A stretch of DNA of 64,000 bases from Hemiscyllium ocellatum (GCF_020745735.1 NC_083427.1:6727438-6791437); one strand, 5' to 3'. Shown: positions 35,020 to 49,046, counted from the first letter of the stretch. Notes: generated by a model from the sequence alone, not told the origin. Program-made: numbers and translations.

Positions 35020-36875
35020 TAAAAATCACACAACACCAGGTTATAGACCAACAGGTTCATTAGGAAGCACTAGCTTTCAAAGCACTACTCCTTCACTAGG
35101 TCTTTCGTGGGGCAGGATCATAGGACACAGAATTTAGAGTAAAAGATCAAAATATATGATATATTGAACAAACCTAGATTGCTGTTAAATCTTAATCACT
35201 TAGAGTGACTTGCATGTTTCAATTTGTAAATACGTAAATCCTAGAAGTTGTTTCAAGTCGCATTTTTGAGGTAACTTAAGGTTTTATATTAGAAAGTAAC
35301 ATTTCAGCTCAGATAATGCATTAAAGGTGTGAGGTTAGAGTCCATCCCAGTCTTGAGTCAGACTGGTTCTATTTCCAAAGTAGGAATTTATAAAATGTTG
35401 CACAGATTGACTGTTTGTATTAACTGCCTGCAGATTGTCCGCTTTTTGAACAAAATAGAATGTATCTGCAAATATAAATCTGCAAATGCAAATTCTACCC
35501 ATAGACTTATATGTGTTGTGCCAGTGCATGTGAGGGAGTGAGAGAGCGTGAAAGAGTGTATGTGTGTGTGTGTGTGTACGTGTGTCTGTGCGTGTGTCTG
35601 TCTGAGAGAGGGTCTGAAAGAGTGTGTGAGTGTGATTGTGTACAAGAGTATGCTTATGTGTGTATGTTTACCTGTGTGTGTGAGAAAGTGTATAGTGTAG
35701 TGCAGTCACCTGTAGTGTGACATGAGCCCAAGGTCTGGCTGAGGCCATCCCCATGGGGACCGAATATTGCTATCAGCCTCTGCTCGACCACTCTGCATAT
35801 CCCCAAGTCCATCTTGGAGGATGGTCACCCACATATCTAAGGCCGGATGTCCTTGAAAGACTCCAAAAGGAGTACGGATCACCAATCGACTCAAGTTGAC
35901 CTCCAACACAGACAGCAGTAAAGGACATTTGGCCTTGGATCTTTGGGTGACCATCCTCCAAGGCAGACTTTGGGATAAACAACAACGCATAGTGGCCAAG
36001 TAGAGGCTGACAGCCAAGTTTGCTTAGCACTGAGGATGGTCTCAACCGGGACCTTAGGTTCATGTCACACTGCGGGTGACCCCACTACAATGTATACACA
36101 CACACACACACACACACACAATCACACTCACATACTTATGCAGACCCTCTCTCATATACATGCTCTCACACACAGGTACACTCACACTCACGTGCACACC
36201 CTCTCACAGGCATATACTCCATCACAATTGTGCAGACACTCTATCAAACACACACACACACTCAACCTCTCTCCCACACACACACATACACTTACTCTCG
36301 CTCCCTCATGCACATACACATACACTCTCTCCCTCCTTCATGCACACACACACATAAGTCCATGGAGTGAGTGTGCATTTGAAGAGTTGTTTTGCAGATA
36401 CATCTTATCTTGTTCAAAAAACACACAATCTGTCGGCGATCAGTCCATGTGACATTTTATAAATTCCTACTTTGGAAATAGAACCAGTCTGACTCAAGGT
36501 TGGAATACAGCCAGACTCTAGCCTCACACCTTTCATGCATTGTCTGAGCTGAGATGTCACCATTTCTTTTATAAAACCTAAGTTATCTTAAGAATGTGAC
36601 TTGAACGAAGTTCTGGGGTTGACCTATTAATGAATCAAAACCTGCAATCCATTCTCAGTGACTAAGACCTAACAGCAACCTACGTTTGTTCAATACATCG
36701 CATACTTTGATCTTTTGCTATAAATTCTGTGTCCTATGATCCTGCCCCACTAGCTACCTGATGAAGGAGCAGCACTCCAAAAGCTTGTACCTCCAAATCA
36801 ACCTGTTGGACTATAACCTAGTGTTGTATGATTTTTAGCTTTGTCTTCCCGAGTCCAACACCGCTGCCTCCACAT
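35020..36875. mobile_element. Two head-to-head PLE family B 3' halves forming a ~1.85-kb imperfect palindrome
   Basis: Each arm has WVTILQ..GL..DLG.MSH endonuclease-tail DNA, a (CA)/(TG)-rich tract and a degenerate hammerhead (~35065-35100 -, ~36756-36790 +). Confidence 0.8.
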
Positions 36876-37844
36876 CATTTATATTTGTAGCTCGATTTCT
36901 CTAATATTTTCATTTCTTAATACTTATTTTCTTCTTAGACATTTATTACTTTCTAATATTTGCTCACACTTCTTTGCAGTATCATAAAGCTTTTTTTCGC
37001 TAAACCTTTCACACCCTTAGTTAGTCAAGAATTAAACACCATTGTAGAGGGTCTTTTCTTTCTCTGTAGAATAGTCATTTACTGACAGATAGAAATAGTT
37101 CCTTCAATACTTGTTGCTGATAACCCCCTGTATTAGATTGAATCTGTTTTCCAACTTCGTTAAAATAACACTTCCAAAACACAATCGCCTTTATTTAGGT
37201 TTAAGGCACTAGCCTCATAACCATCCTTCTCACCCTCAAATGTATTGTGAAACTCTGTCTTGTTTTGGTCATGTGTCTCTCCACAGCATGAATGCATTGA
37301 AAAACAATCAGATTTTAAGCTATGTCGACTACAACGTCTTGCATTGGTGTGAAAAGTATCTCTGTAGGCTGAGAGTCTCAGAGTAGATGAATGGTCCTTT
37401 GGCTGTTTGATATTGCTGGTGTGTCAGTTGGCTGGACAATTTGTTCCCATACTTGGGAGTGGGCACTTCCAGGGAAAACCATCCAGTGTTGCAGTTTATG
37501 ATGATGCTGTCACATTAAAGAAGTTACTTTGTCCTGGGTTTTTATTTTTTGAAGAGAGGTTGTAAAGGCAGAGATGCAGGACTGGCTACTGAGGACAGAC
37601 TTAAGTAAGGAACGTAGGATGCCTTTCGATTCTTTTATTAAAAGTTGGAACAATGGAAGCGGAGTTGTCAGCTTTCACAGAGCAGCTTTCTGTTTCTCAT
37701 TAGCTGTAGCAGTCAGAAATGGTTTGGGGTCTCCGAAGACCTGGAAACTTCAGTGAATGATTCCCAGCTGCTACTTTCTCTGGAATGTCTCTTGATGTTA
37801 TTCCTCCTGGATCAGAGAACTGCGTGGACAACAAACTACTGTTT

Positions 37845-39870
37845 GTTTCTACGTCAATGATTTGGATGTACAAGGCATGATTAGTAAGTTTTGCAGATGA
37901 CACCAAGGTAGGCAGTATCGTGGACAGTGAGGAAGATCTGGATCTGGATCATTTGGGGAAGTGGGCTGGGAAATGGCAAATTGAGTTGAATACAGATCAG
38001 TGCGAGGTGTTGCATTTTGGAAAGTCAAATCAAGGTAGGATTTTCATGGTGAATGGTGGGGCCTTAACGAGTGTAGTGGAACAGAGGAGTTCAGGTTCAC
38101 AGTTCTCTGAAAGTGAACTCACTGGTAGACAGGGCAGGGAAGGTGGCTTCCGGCCTTAATTAGTCAGGATATTGAGTATAGAAGTTTGGAAAGTTATGTT
38201 GCAGTTATACAGGATGTTGGTGAGGCTGCACTTGGAGTATTGTGTTCAGTTTTGGTCACCTCGTTATAGGAAGGATGTTATTAAACTGGGGAGTGCACAC
38301 AAGAAATTTACAAGGATGTTTCCAGGACTCAATGATCTGAGTTATAGGGAGAGCTTGGACAAACTATGACTTTTTCCTTTAGAGCATATAGGAGACTAGG
38401 TGGGGGTTGGGAGTGGGGGTGGGGGTGGGGGGTTCTTGAAGTGTATAAGATCATGAGAGGTATGGATAGGGAGAATGCACTCAATCTTTTTCCCAGGGTG
38501 AGGGAGTTGAGGACTAGAGGGCATCAGTCACAGAAATCATTGAATCCCTCCCGTGTGGAAACAGGCCCAACAAGTCCACACCGACCCTCCGAAGATTATC
38601 CCACCCAGACCCATTCCCCTACATTATGACTCCAGATTTCCCCTGACTAATAACATAAATAGAATAGTATGGTGTAGTACAGGCCCATCAGCCCTCAATG
38701 CTGTGCTCGCTTTCTATCCTACTCAAAAATCAGACTAACATACACACCCTTCACTGTACTATCTTCCATGTGCCTATCCAAGTGTCGCTTAAATGTCCCG
38801 AATGTATCTGACTCTACTACCACAGCTGGCAGTGCATTCCATGCACCCACTACTCCCTGAGTGAAGAAACTGCCTTTGACACATCTCCCCTAAACCTTCC
38901 TCCAATCACTTTAAAAAATGCCCCCTTTGTGATAGACAAGTCTCTAGCTATCCACTCTGTCTGTTCCTCTCGATATCTTGTACAGTTCTGTCATGTAACT
39001 TCTCACCCTTCTTCACTCCAATGAGGAAAGGCCTCGCTCCCTCGACCTTTCTTCACAAGACATGCCCTCCAACCCAGGCAGCATCCCAGTAAATCTCCTC
39101 CGCACCCTCTCGAAAGCTTCCACGTCTTTCCTGTGGTGAGGCAACCAGAACTGAACACAATATTCCAAGTGTGGTCTAACCAGGGCTCTATAGGGCTGCA
39201 ACAAAAATCTTGCGGCTCTTTGACTCAATCCTCCCGTTAATCAAAGCCAACACAACATACGCCTTCTCAACAACCCTATCAACTTGGGTGGCAACGTTGA
39301 GAAATCTATGGATACTGCCTCCACACTGCCAAGAATCCTGCCATTAATCCTGTAATCTGCATTCAAATTCCACCTTCCAAAGTGATTGACTTCATACTTT
39401 TCCAGGATGAACTCCATCTGCCACTTCCCAGCCCAGCTCTGCGTCCTGTCAATGTCCCGCTGCAAAATACAACAGCCCTCCACACGATCCACAACTCCAC
39501 CAACTTTTGTGTCATCGGCAAACTTACTAACCTAACCTTCCCTATCCCAGTCATTTATAAAGATCACAAAGAGCAAAACCCACATGGACGCGAGGCTGGA
39601 ATTGAACCCACGTCCCTGGTGCTGTGAGGCAGCAGTGCTAACCACTGAGCCACGGTGCCACTCAGTTTACACAGGGAGTAGTACACATGTGGAATGAGCT
39701 ACCAGCAGAAGTAATTGAGGCAAGTACATTAACAACATTTAAAAGGCATTTGGATAAATACATGGACTAGGACAAATACAAGGAAAGGATTAGAAGGATA
39801 TGGGCTGAGAACAGGGAAATGGGGTTCGTGTTTTCGGCCATGTCTTCATGCTGTGGGACTCTACAACTCT
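37845..39870. mobile_element. Nested CR1 (+ 37845-38525, 39665-39870), V-SINE (- 38530-38650, 39590-39660) and CR1 (- 38655-39570)
   Basis: CR1 ORF2 remnants in both orientations and a split V-SINE. Confidence 0.75.
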
Positions 39871-40196
39871 CAGTAAGAATCTGTGTCTGAATTTGTCTTC
39901 TTGCCAAGGGATGTAGTTAAAGAATGTTACAACATTGAAACAGTTAACTAGTAATAGGTATTGTAGCTATTATTCGGTTTAGTTTTCTATTGGTTAAGTT
40001 ATTCTAAATTCCTCTTCATTCTGTTTGAATTTTAAGGATAGTGTTTAAATAAATTGTGTTTTCATCAAAGCGTAGAGTCCCTGAAGTATGGAAACAGGCC
40101 CTTCGGCCCAACAAGTCCACACCGACCCAGATCTATTCCCCCTGACAAAAGCACCTACCCTATACATCCCTAAACTTTACATGCAATTTAGCGCAG

Positions 40197-41020
40197 GAGA
40201 AAGTGAGGACTGCAGATGCTGGAGATCAGAGCTGGAAATGTGTTGCTGGAAAAGCGCAGCAGGTCAGGCAGCATCAAAGGTGCGGGAGAATCGACATTTC
40301 GGGCATGAGCCCTTCTTCAGGAATGAGGAAAGTGTGCCAAACAGGCTAAGATAAAAGGTAGTGAGGAGGGACTTGGGGGAGGGGCGTTGGAAATGCGATG
40401 GGTGGAAGGAGGTTAAGGTGAGGGTGATAGGCCGGAGTGGGGGTGGACGCAGAGAGGTCAGGAAGAAGATTGCAGGTTAGGAAGGTGGTGCTGAGTTCGA
40501 GGGTTGGGACTGAGACAAGGTGGGGGGGGAGGGGAAATGAGGAAACTGGAGAAATCTGAGTTCATCCCTTGTGGTTGGAGGGTTCCTAGGCGGAAGATGA
40601 GGCGACTCTTCCTCCAGGCGTCGTGTTGCTATGGTCTGGCGATGGAACTGAGAGAGAGAGAGAGACAGAGACAGAGAGCAAGTTGACGAGTCCAAATAAC
40701 ACTTCATCAGAACTCAAGTGAAACGTGGGATGGGCAGAATTAAGCTATAGTTTTGGGGGAGGGGGCGCGTGCTGAGTGCTGCTGGAGAAAACAAGTTCAG
40801 ATTCTCACGTTCCGATCACTTAACCTGAAATATCAACATCGTTTCTCCACCAGCCCCCTAAGCCCACTACCCCCACACATCACCAACCACCCCCAAACTA
40901 TACCGTAAATGTTGGCCCCTCCACACTTCACCTCTGATGAAGCACTGTCCAGACTGGAAACATCAGCCTGCTCTCTCTCTCCATGGATGCTGTCTGACCC
41001 CACTGTGATCTCCAGCATTT
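40197..41020. mobile_element. PLE terminal fragments (family A - 40197-40648; further family at 40650-40715 - and 40925-41020 +)
   Basis: Hammerhead-like cores at 40289-40325, ~40683-40712 and ~40931-40968. Confidence 0.65.
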
Positions 41021-41257
41021 GTTGTTTCGAGTGAGTTCGGGAAAGGTGAATAAATTGACAACTTTCCGTGGATATACTCGCATTGTTTGCCTCAAACTTT
41101 TGTTTCAGGAAACCACATTTCACAGCCTTGACAGTCCTTGGAATACCAGCATCACACAGAGAGATGTTAAGACAGACACCTTGTTGAGCTTTTGCTCAAT
41201 GCACCTGCAAGTATACTGTGATATTGGGCCATCAGTGGATGTTCAGATATGATGTGT

Positions 41258-41786
41258 CTAGATTAGAGTGGTGCTGGAAAAGCACAGCAGGTCAGGCAGC
41301 ATCCGAGGAGCAGGAAAATCAACGTTTCGAGCAAAAGCCCTTCATCAGGAATAAAGGCAGAGAGCCTCTGGGGTGGAGAGATAAATGGGAAGGGGTAGGG
41401 CTGGGGAGAAGGTAGCCAAGATGGAGATGGGGGTGAGGGTGATATGTCAGAGAAGAGAGTGCAGCGGATAGGTGGGAAGGGAGATTGACAGGTAGGACAG
41501 GTCTTGAGGGCAGTGCTGAGCTGGAAAGGTGGAACTAGGGTGAGGTGGGGGGAGGGGAAATGAGGAAACTGGTGAAGTCCACATTGATGCCCTGGGATTG
41601 GAGGGTTCCGAGGCGGAAGATGAGGCATTCTTCCTCCAGGCGTCTGGTGGTGAGGGAGCGGCGGTGGAGGAGGCCCAGGACCTGCATGTCCTCGGCAGAG
41701 TGGGAGGGGGAGTTGAAATGTTGGGCCACGAGGCGGTGTGGTTGATTGGTGCGGGTGTCTCGGAGATGTTCCCTAAAGCGCTCCGC
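41258..41786 (-). mobile_element. PLE 3' fragment with near-intact hammerhead (41317-41352)
   Basis: AQHFNSPSHSAEDMQVLGLL...IFRLGTLQSQGINVDF. Confidence 0.88.
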
Positions 41787-42231
41787 GAGAAGGATATGAT
41801 GTGTTACAAACGAAAGAAATCACTTGTAAATTAACGGCGAACCCACTCTGAAAAGCGGGTCGCAAATGCGCACAGCTCCTTGTGAAACAGCCAGTGGCTA
41901 ATGAGACAGCACTGTGAGACCAGCACGATCGTGACTCATAGTCCAGAGAGAAACTGACTTTAAATGATCAGGAGAGAACTCAGCCCACTGGAAATTGTCA
42001 GAAGATCGGGAAGATGAATAGTAGATACAAAGAAAATTGCATGAGATAGTTAAGAACCGCCCATGAGTTGGACAGGGAGTAATTAAAGGGCTGGAGCATC
42101 TGGTCCACTCATGTTTGAGATATTGCTTGAAGCTGATAACTCATGTTTTGGAGGAGCCAATGCTCGACTGGGGTGGACAAACTTAAAAATCACACAACTC
42201 CAGGTTAGAGTCCAACAGGTTCATTCGGAAG

Positions 42232-42266
42232 CACTAGCTTTCGGAGCGTCGCTCCTTCATCAGGTG
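42232..42266 (-). ncRNA. Minimal hammerhead ribozyme, family B (intact core)
   Basis: CAC-CUGAUGA-A-GGAGC-GAC-GCUCC-GAAAGCUA-GUG, with palindromic AGCU helix III. Confidence 0.7.
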
Positions 42267-42369
42267 ATTGTGGAGTGCACGGAATTTATAGCAGAGTTTA
42301 CAGTGTGATGCGACTGAAATGCTATGTTGTATAAATTATCTATAACAATCCTGGTCGTTTTCAATATGC

Positions 42370-42728
42370 AATTTGGAGTCACAAGTAGACAGGATAGTGA
42401 AGGTGTTTGGTGTGCTTTTCTTTATCTGTCAGAGTATTGAGTACAGGAGTTGGGAGGTCATGTTGTGCTGTACAGGACATTGGTTAGGCCACTGTTGGAA
42501 TATTGTGTGCAATTCTGGTCTCCTTCCTATTGGAAGGATGATGTGAAACTTGAAAGGATTCAGAAAAGATTTACAAGGCTGTTGGAGGATTTGAGCTACA
42601 GGGAGAGGCTGAACAGGCTGGGGCTGTTTTCCCTGGAGCGTCGGAGGCTGAGGGGTGACCTTAGAGAGGTTTACAAAATTATGAGGGGCATCGATAGGGT
42701 AAATAGACAAGGTCTTTTCCCTGGGATG
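42370..42728 (+). mobile_element. CR1 LINE fragment
   Basis: LYRTLVRPLLEYCVQFWSPSYWKD. Confidence 0.85.
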
Positions 42729-43103
42729 TGACCATTCGCCACAGCAGATTTGCCGCCAATGATTAGCCACTGCCCTTTGACCACCGAGGACACTTAGCCA
42801 CTGCCCATTGGCCACTGAAGACGATTCGCCACCGCAATAAGTCGGATGTTTTGAACATCGGTGGTATATACAATCGTCGTTATATTGATTAAGGTAGTGT
42901 TTGCGTTGTTTCAGTAACAACTTATTTTCATTACAGGAGAGTTTTTTTCAAGCTTGTATTTTTGGAACAGGAATTTTTTAGTATGGAAACAGAAATTATT
43001 AGTAAACATGGAAATAAAATGTTTCACCACGATGGTTTTTTTTATAAACTATTCAAGAGTGATTCAAACATGAAGTTTTTGTGATGTGAACAAAGGGGCC
43101 AAC

Positions 43104-43410
43104 GGGCAGCACGGTGGCACGGTGGTAAGCACTGCTGCCTCACAGCGCCAGAGACCCGGATTCAATTCCCGACTCAGGCGACTGACTGTGTGGAGTTTGC
43201 ACGTTCTCCCCATGTCTGCGTGGGTTTCCTCCGGGTGCTCCAGTTTCCTCCCACAGTCCAAAGATGTGCGGGTCAGGTGAATTGGCCATGCTAAATTGCC
43301 CGTAGTGTTAGGTAAGGGGTAAATGTAGGGGTATGGGTGGGTTGCGCTTCGGCGGGTCAGTGTGGACTTGTTGGGCCGAAGGGCCTGTTTCCACACTGTA
43401 AGTAATCTAA
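43104..43410 (+). mobile_element. Full-length V-SINE
   Basis: tRNA-derived head, V-domain, taagtaatctaa tail. Confidence 0.9.
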
Positions 43411-43879
43411 TGGCACAATCATATTGGGTAGGGAATCTTGGATACACCATCGGAATCGACGTGGTTTGTGGATGGTACGTTCAACATAGCCCCTATTTTA
43501 TTCTCTCAGGTATATTGTACTTTAGCAAAAAGAGGAATAGTGCATAACTATCAAATGAACTTAAATTTCATTGTTTAATATTAATGTGAGATTTTACTGC
43601 CATTATAAAGATTTTTTATATTTCCTTTTTCTGGTTAAAGTTTGTAACTCATTTTTATATATAAACCAATAAAATGATATTTATTTTACCTTTTTTTTAA
43701 TCAATATGTAGTATGTAGTTGTATAAATAAAGGGGACTGAGAAGTATGAAAGAACAGGCGGGAGGGAAAACAATCAGTACATATGTATCTTTCTGGTGGC
43801 GAATAATCTCCAGAGGTCAAACATCCCCAGCTCTTCACTGTGCCTCGGTACACGGGACAATAAATTCAATTCAATTCTG

Positions 43880-44492
43880 CACTTGCCCAACAGCGGGAAT
43901 ATTCTTCCTGCATCTAGCCTGTCCAGTCCAATCAGGGTTTTATATGTTTCTATGAAATCCCCCCCCCCCAATTCTTCTAAGTTCCAGTGAGCATGAGCCC
44001 AGTCGATCAGAGTTTCTTCATGGGTCAGACCTGCCATCCTGGGAATCAGTCTGGACTCCCTCAGTAGCAAGAATGTTCTTCCTCAAACTAGGAGACCAAA
44101 ACTGTGCACAATAATCAAGACCCAAGATCCTGTATAACTACAGCAAGACATCTCTACTCTTATACTCCAGTCCTCTCACTGTGAAGGCCTGCATGCCATT
44201 AGTGTTCCTCACTGCCTGTTGCACCTGCATGCCGACCCTCTGAAGAGAGTCCCACCCAAACCCATTCCCCGTTGCCATTGTGCCAGATCTACACATCTAT
44301 GTGACGCTGCGTGGCCAGTTCACCCTAACCTGCACGTCTTTGGACTGTGGGAGGAAACCAGAGCACCCGGAGGAAATCCACGCAGACGCGGGGAGAATGT
44401 GCAAACTCCACCCAGACAGTCACCCGAGGCTGGGGTCGAACCCGGATCCCCGGCGCCGTGAGGCAGCGGTGCTAACCACTCAGCCACCGCGC
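43880..44492 (-). mobile_element. CR1 fragment (43880-44220) plus V-SINE (44230-44492)
   Basis: GDFIETYKTL.GLDRLDAG remnant; SINE head at ~44430-44490. Confidence 0.75.
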
Positions 44493-44913
44493 TGCTCGTT
44501 TCATCATGAATCGGCAAGAATGCGATTGGTGAATTGTGAACGTTGTTTGTATGGTGTGACCTTTCTGCTGAACCGGTATACTAGATATTCCATAGCCCTA
44601 TCTCTACGCTTCCCCCCTGTCGCGCGATTTCCAACAGTGCAAGGTTGCACAGGAAGCTAACCGTCACGTTATAGCAGAATGACCTGTCGTTATCAGCCCA
44701 TCCAGACCTTCTGAGCCTGTTCTGCATTTCAGGAATACTCAGACTAAAGGTCAAATAATTTCTCCCGTTAAGATTTATTTGATCTCTATCGAGCCTATTA
44801 AGTGTTAACACAGGAATATTAACAGTGGCCAAGACCCCTACTATCAAAATGAACATGATTCAGGCCAGGATGTGACTAACGGCAGAAGAAACAGTAAACT
44901 CTGACTCCTGAAA

Positions 44914-46089
44914 TCACTTATGAACTCTCTGGTGTCTCAGCAGGTTGGACGATCGAGCGAACCGCTTCCCACATCGCGGGCAAGTGAAGGGCATCTCCCC
45001 GGTGTGAAGCTGCTGGTGAGTCAACAGATGGGATGACTGAGTGAACCTCTTCCCACACACGAGGCAGGTGAACGGTCTCTCTCCAGTGTGAACCCGCTGG
45101 TGCGTCATCAGGTACTTTTTGCTTTTAAAGCTCTTGCCACAGTCAGGACATTTGAAAGGTCTCTGGTCAGTGTGAACGTGCTGGTGCTCAGTGAGCTGCG
45201 ACGGCTGAGTGAAACCCTTTCCGCACGTGGAGCAAGTGAACGGTTTCTCTCCAGTGTGAATGCGTTGGTGTAATAGAAGCTGAGGCGAATCAGTAAATCC
45301 CTTCCCACACACGTAGCAGGTAAACGGCCTCTCCCCAGTGTGAGCTCGCTGGTGTCTCAGACGGTGGGACGAACGGGTGAATCTCTTTCCACACACAGAA
45401 CAGGTAAATGGCCTCTCCCCGGTGTGAACTCGCTGGTGTGTCAACAGATCCTGTTTGCTTTTGAAGCTCTTCTCACAGACAGAACACTTAAAAGGTCTCT
45501 TGTCAGTGTGAACTCTTTGGTGTGTCTGCAGTTGGGCTAAGCGCCTGAACCGCCGCTCACACAGGGAGCAAGTGAATGGCCGCTCCCCGGTGTGAATGCG
45601 TTGATGGACTTGTAAGTCATTTTTACTTTTAAAACACTTTCCACAGTCAGGACACGGAAAAGGTCTCTGGTCAGTGTGAACCAGTTGATGTGTCAGAAGG
45701 TAGGACGACTGAGTGAATCCTTTCCCACAAATGGAGCAGATGTAAGGTCTCACCCCCGTGTGGGTGCGTTTGTGTCTTAGCAGCTCCCATTTACTTTTGA
45801 AGCTCTTCTCACAGTCCGAACATTTAAAAGGTCTCTGATCAGAATGAACCTGGTCAGTTGAGAGGGTTGGCGGAGTTTCAAATCGTTCCTGACAATCAAG
45901 GTTGGTGAACAGCCTCTTGCGGGTGTGTACCCTCTGGTGTAAATAGAGGCTGGATGAGTAAGCGAATCTCTTCCCACACTGAGTGCAGGTGAACGGCCTC
46001 TCTCCAGTGTGACTGCGTCGATGAATGTCCAGCTGTGATGGATAATTGAATCCCTTCCCACAGTCCCCACATTTACATGGCTTCTCCAT
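44914..46089 (-). CDS. Poly-C2H2 zinc-finger protein ZNF-C (13 intact + 1 degenerate fingers, ~391 aa)
   Basis: N-terminus [20 protein letters not shown]; TGERPF and TDQRPF linkers; AATAAA on the minus strand at 44779-44774. Confidence 0.92.
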   Translation of the reverse strand: MEKPCKCGDCGKGFNYPSQLDIHRRSHTGERPFTCTQCGKRFAYSSSLYLHQRVHTRKRLFTNLDCQERFETPPTLSTDQVHSDQRPFKCSDCEKSFKSKWELLRHKRTHTGVRPYICSICGKGFTQSSYLLTHQLVHTDQRPFPCPDCGKCFKSKNDLQVHQRIHTGERPFTCSLCERRFRRLAQLQTHQRVHTDKRPFKCSVCEKSFKSKQDLLTHQRVHTGERPFTCSVCGKRFTRSSHRLRHQRAHTGERPFTCYVCGKGFTDSPQLLLHQRIHTGEKPFTCSTCGKGFTQPSQLTEHQHVHTDQRPFKCPDCGKSFKSKKYLMTHQRVHTGERPFTCLVCGKRFTQSSHLLTHQQLHTGEMPFTCPRCGKRFARSSNLLRHQRVHK

Positions 46090-46659
46090 CACTCAGCTGC
46101 TCTTACACCTCTCCAGAGTTTGTCAACACACCCCACGTGCATACAGTCCTTAAAACGAGGCGGTTATTTTCAGGCCGTAAAACTCGGCGGCAGCACTTTG
46201 CGCAGTCAATTCGCTAAAATACTCTCGCTACGGTGTTGGTGTCTCAGACGTCCGACCTGCGTTTCGGGTTGAAAGACTAACCGAACCATCCTTGTGAAGT
46301 TTTCCTCAGGGTAGCTGGTGCTCGCTCCACTCTGTGTTTCCCCTAGTCACATCGATGCTTTCAAGATATTGCCCCAGGAACAGGTCAAACATTTCCTTTT
46401 TCCTTCCGCATTCAGGTCCTGATGGATCAAGCGACTCAGGCAAACCTTGTAACATTACTTTGGAGCTGTTGCAATAACTAGTCCAGGATAGAAATTCAGC
46501 TCAGGCAATGGCCTGGGAAAATCTTTCTACTCTTGTTCCCTCAAATCTGTAAACCCAGGTCCCACATACAGTATTCTCTCTCCTCCCTGGGCTCAAACCC
46601 AAATCCATCCCCCACTATTTCTCAGCCTCCCCTGGCTTCCTCCACACCCTTGTCTGCAG

Positions 46660-47200
46660 CTGACTGCCACTTCCTGTTGTGTGGGCGCACACTGATGACG
46701 TTGATAGACATCCACCCTTCCACCGGGTCGTTCCCGGAAAGGCAAAGACGCCGGGTTGATTGACGGCGTCCCTGCACCAATGGGATGTGAGAACCGCGAC
46801 CGCGACCGGCCCTCCGACCAATCGGGGTGAATGAGGGGGGCGGGCACTGAAAGACTCAATGCGCTGGGCCTCCAAACCAATCGGAGTGAAGGAGGCGGGG
46901 GGGGGGGGGGGGGGGGTAACTGGAGGGCCGAGCGCGCGCCCCCGCTTCTCGAGGAGGCAAGACTGGAAGGGCCGAGCGAGTGCGGCTGGCAGTCCAACCA
47001 ATGAATGAGTTAGGGGCGGGACTGGAGGTCCGAGCGCGGCTGGTCCTCCAACCAATCGGCGTGAATGAGGGGGCGTGGCTAAGACTGCATGAATTGGAAC
47101 CACGTGGAGAATGGGTGTCGCAGGGGGGAAGGAGGAGGAGGGGAAAGAGAGTGTTTTGTTTCTCACATAAACCCCAGATGGATTTTGAGTGGGGCGGGCA
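46660..47200 (-). promoter_or_regulatory. ZNF-C promoter with reiterated CCAAT and GC-box modules
   Basis: CCAAT at ~46777, 46818, 46877, 46998 and 47052; ggggcggg boxes; ETS-like cacttcctg at 46668; tgatgacgt at 46693. Confidence 0.65.
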
Positions 47201-47576
47201 GAGTTTTTTTTTTGAAAAATCTCAACACCAGATTATAGTCCAACAGATTAATTTCGAAAACTTGCACTTCAAAATAAACCTGTTTGGAGTATAACCTGGA
47301 GTTGTGTCATTTTGATATTGTCTTCACCCTCTCTCTCCCTATTTTCAAACCCCTCTTTTTGTTTTGACCAGACCCAGACTTTGCTTGTCAGTGTGTGTAT
47401 ATATACCCAGAATTGATATATACATGCTGGTGGGGAAACTATATATAATATATATAAATAAAATAAAGTCTGTTCATAATGTTTTTTTTCTCTGTCTCAC
47501 TACATATAAAAATAATAAAACATATATTTTAAAAACGACAAGTGATTTGGAGAGGGTGTGGGAGGAAAAATAAAGA

Positions 47577-48645
47577 AGTGGTTAGCACTGCTGCCTCACA
47601 GCGCCAGAGACCCGGGTTCAGTTCCCGACTCAGGCGACTGACTGTGTGGAGTTTGCACGTTCTCCCCGTGTCTGCGTGGGTTTCCTCTGGGTGCTCCGGT
47701 TTCCTCCCACAGTCCAAAGATGTGCGGGTCAGGTGAATTGCCCATGCTAAATTGCCCGTAGTGTTAGGTGAAGGGGTAAATGTAGGGGAATGGGTGGGTT
47801 GCACTTCGGTGGGTCGGTATGGACTTGTTGGGCCGAAGGGCCTGTTTCCACACTAAGTAATCTAATCTAATCTAATCTCACAGCAACAGGGTTCAATTCC
47901 AAAGATGTGCAAGCTAGCCACACAAGCCATGGGAAATGCAGGGTTACAGGGATAGGGTAGGGAGGTGGGGTCTGGGTGTGCTGCTTTTGAATGGGCGTCC
48001 TGGTGGATCAGTGGTTAGCACCGCTGCCTCCCAGTTCTGGGGACCTGCATTTGATTCCATCCTCGGGCGACTATCGGTGTTCAGTTTGCACATTCGCCCC
48101 GTGTCTGTGAGAGTTTGCTCCGGTCTCCACCCACAATCCAAAGGTGTGCAGGGTAGGTGGATTGGCCATACTACATTGGCCATAGTATTCAGGGATGTAA
48201 CGGTTAGACCACCTTTGGCTACTGTACCTAAAATAATAGGGTAGGGGAATCTGGGTGGGTTGCTGTGTGGAGGGTCGGTGTGGACATGTTGGTTACTAAT
48301 GGCTTGTTCGCACATAGAATCTCTACAATGTTTGGATCCTATAAAAAAAGGAAAATAAAATAAATCACTGTGTGGTGAGTGGAGTGGGGTTTGATGAGGA
48401 GCACATTCCTCCTGTCACACCCAGAACGACTGTTCTCACTTGTGGGAGTTTGCACGTTCTCCCTGTGCTCCGGTTTCCTCCCACAGTCCAAAGATGTGCG
48501 GGTCAGGTGAATTGGCCATGCTAAATTGCCCCTAGTGTTAGGTAAGGGGTAAATGTAGGGGTATGGGTGGGTTGCGCTTCAGCGGGTCGGTGTGGACTTG
48601 TAGGGCCGTAGGGCCTGTTTCCACACTGTAAGTAATCTAATCTAA
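47577..48645 (+). mobile_element. Three tandem V-SINE copies (47577-47878, 47993-48330, 48430-48645)
   Basis: V-domain and 3' tail in each copy. Confidence 0.85.
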
Positions 48646-49046
48646 ATAGACCAATTGGCCATAAGCGCATTTGCACTTGTGGGAACTTACTGTGCTCAAA
48701 TTTCGCCACTGCATTTTCTATATTACAAAAATCAAAGCACTTCAGAAGAACCTCACTGGCTGGAAAACCCCCAGCAATATCCTATAGTGAAAAGATGCTA
48801 TATAAATGCAAACTTGCATTAACAGGAGGAGGAAATGAGCCAAATATGGAACATGAGGAAGAGATCATCAATCACTCATGACCATGTCAAACAGAAGGCT
48901 GATTTAATTAAGCGAAATCAAGAATATTGAACCGCAGACAAGTTACAAGAATTACTAACATCAACTGAAACAAAACCCAGCTGTCAAAATAAGCAAAATA
49001 AGGTTCAACCCTGGGTGTGAGGAACAACAAAATCGTATCAATGCAG

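Noticed and set aside
42730-43730. Possible DNA transposon with short ttcgccac/gccac sub-repeats and an AT-rich body
   Set aside because: No matching terminal inverted repeat identified.
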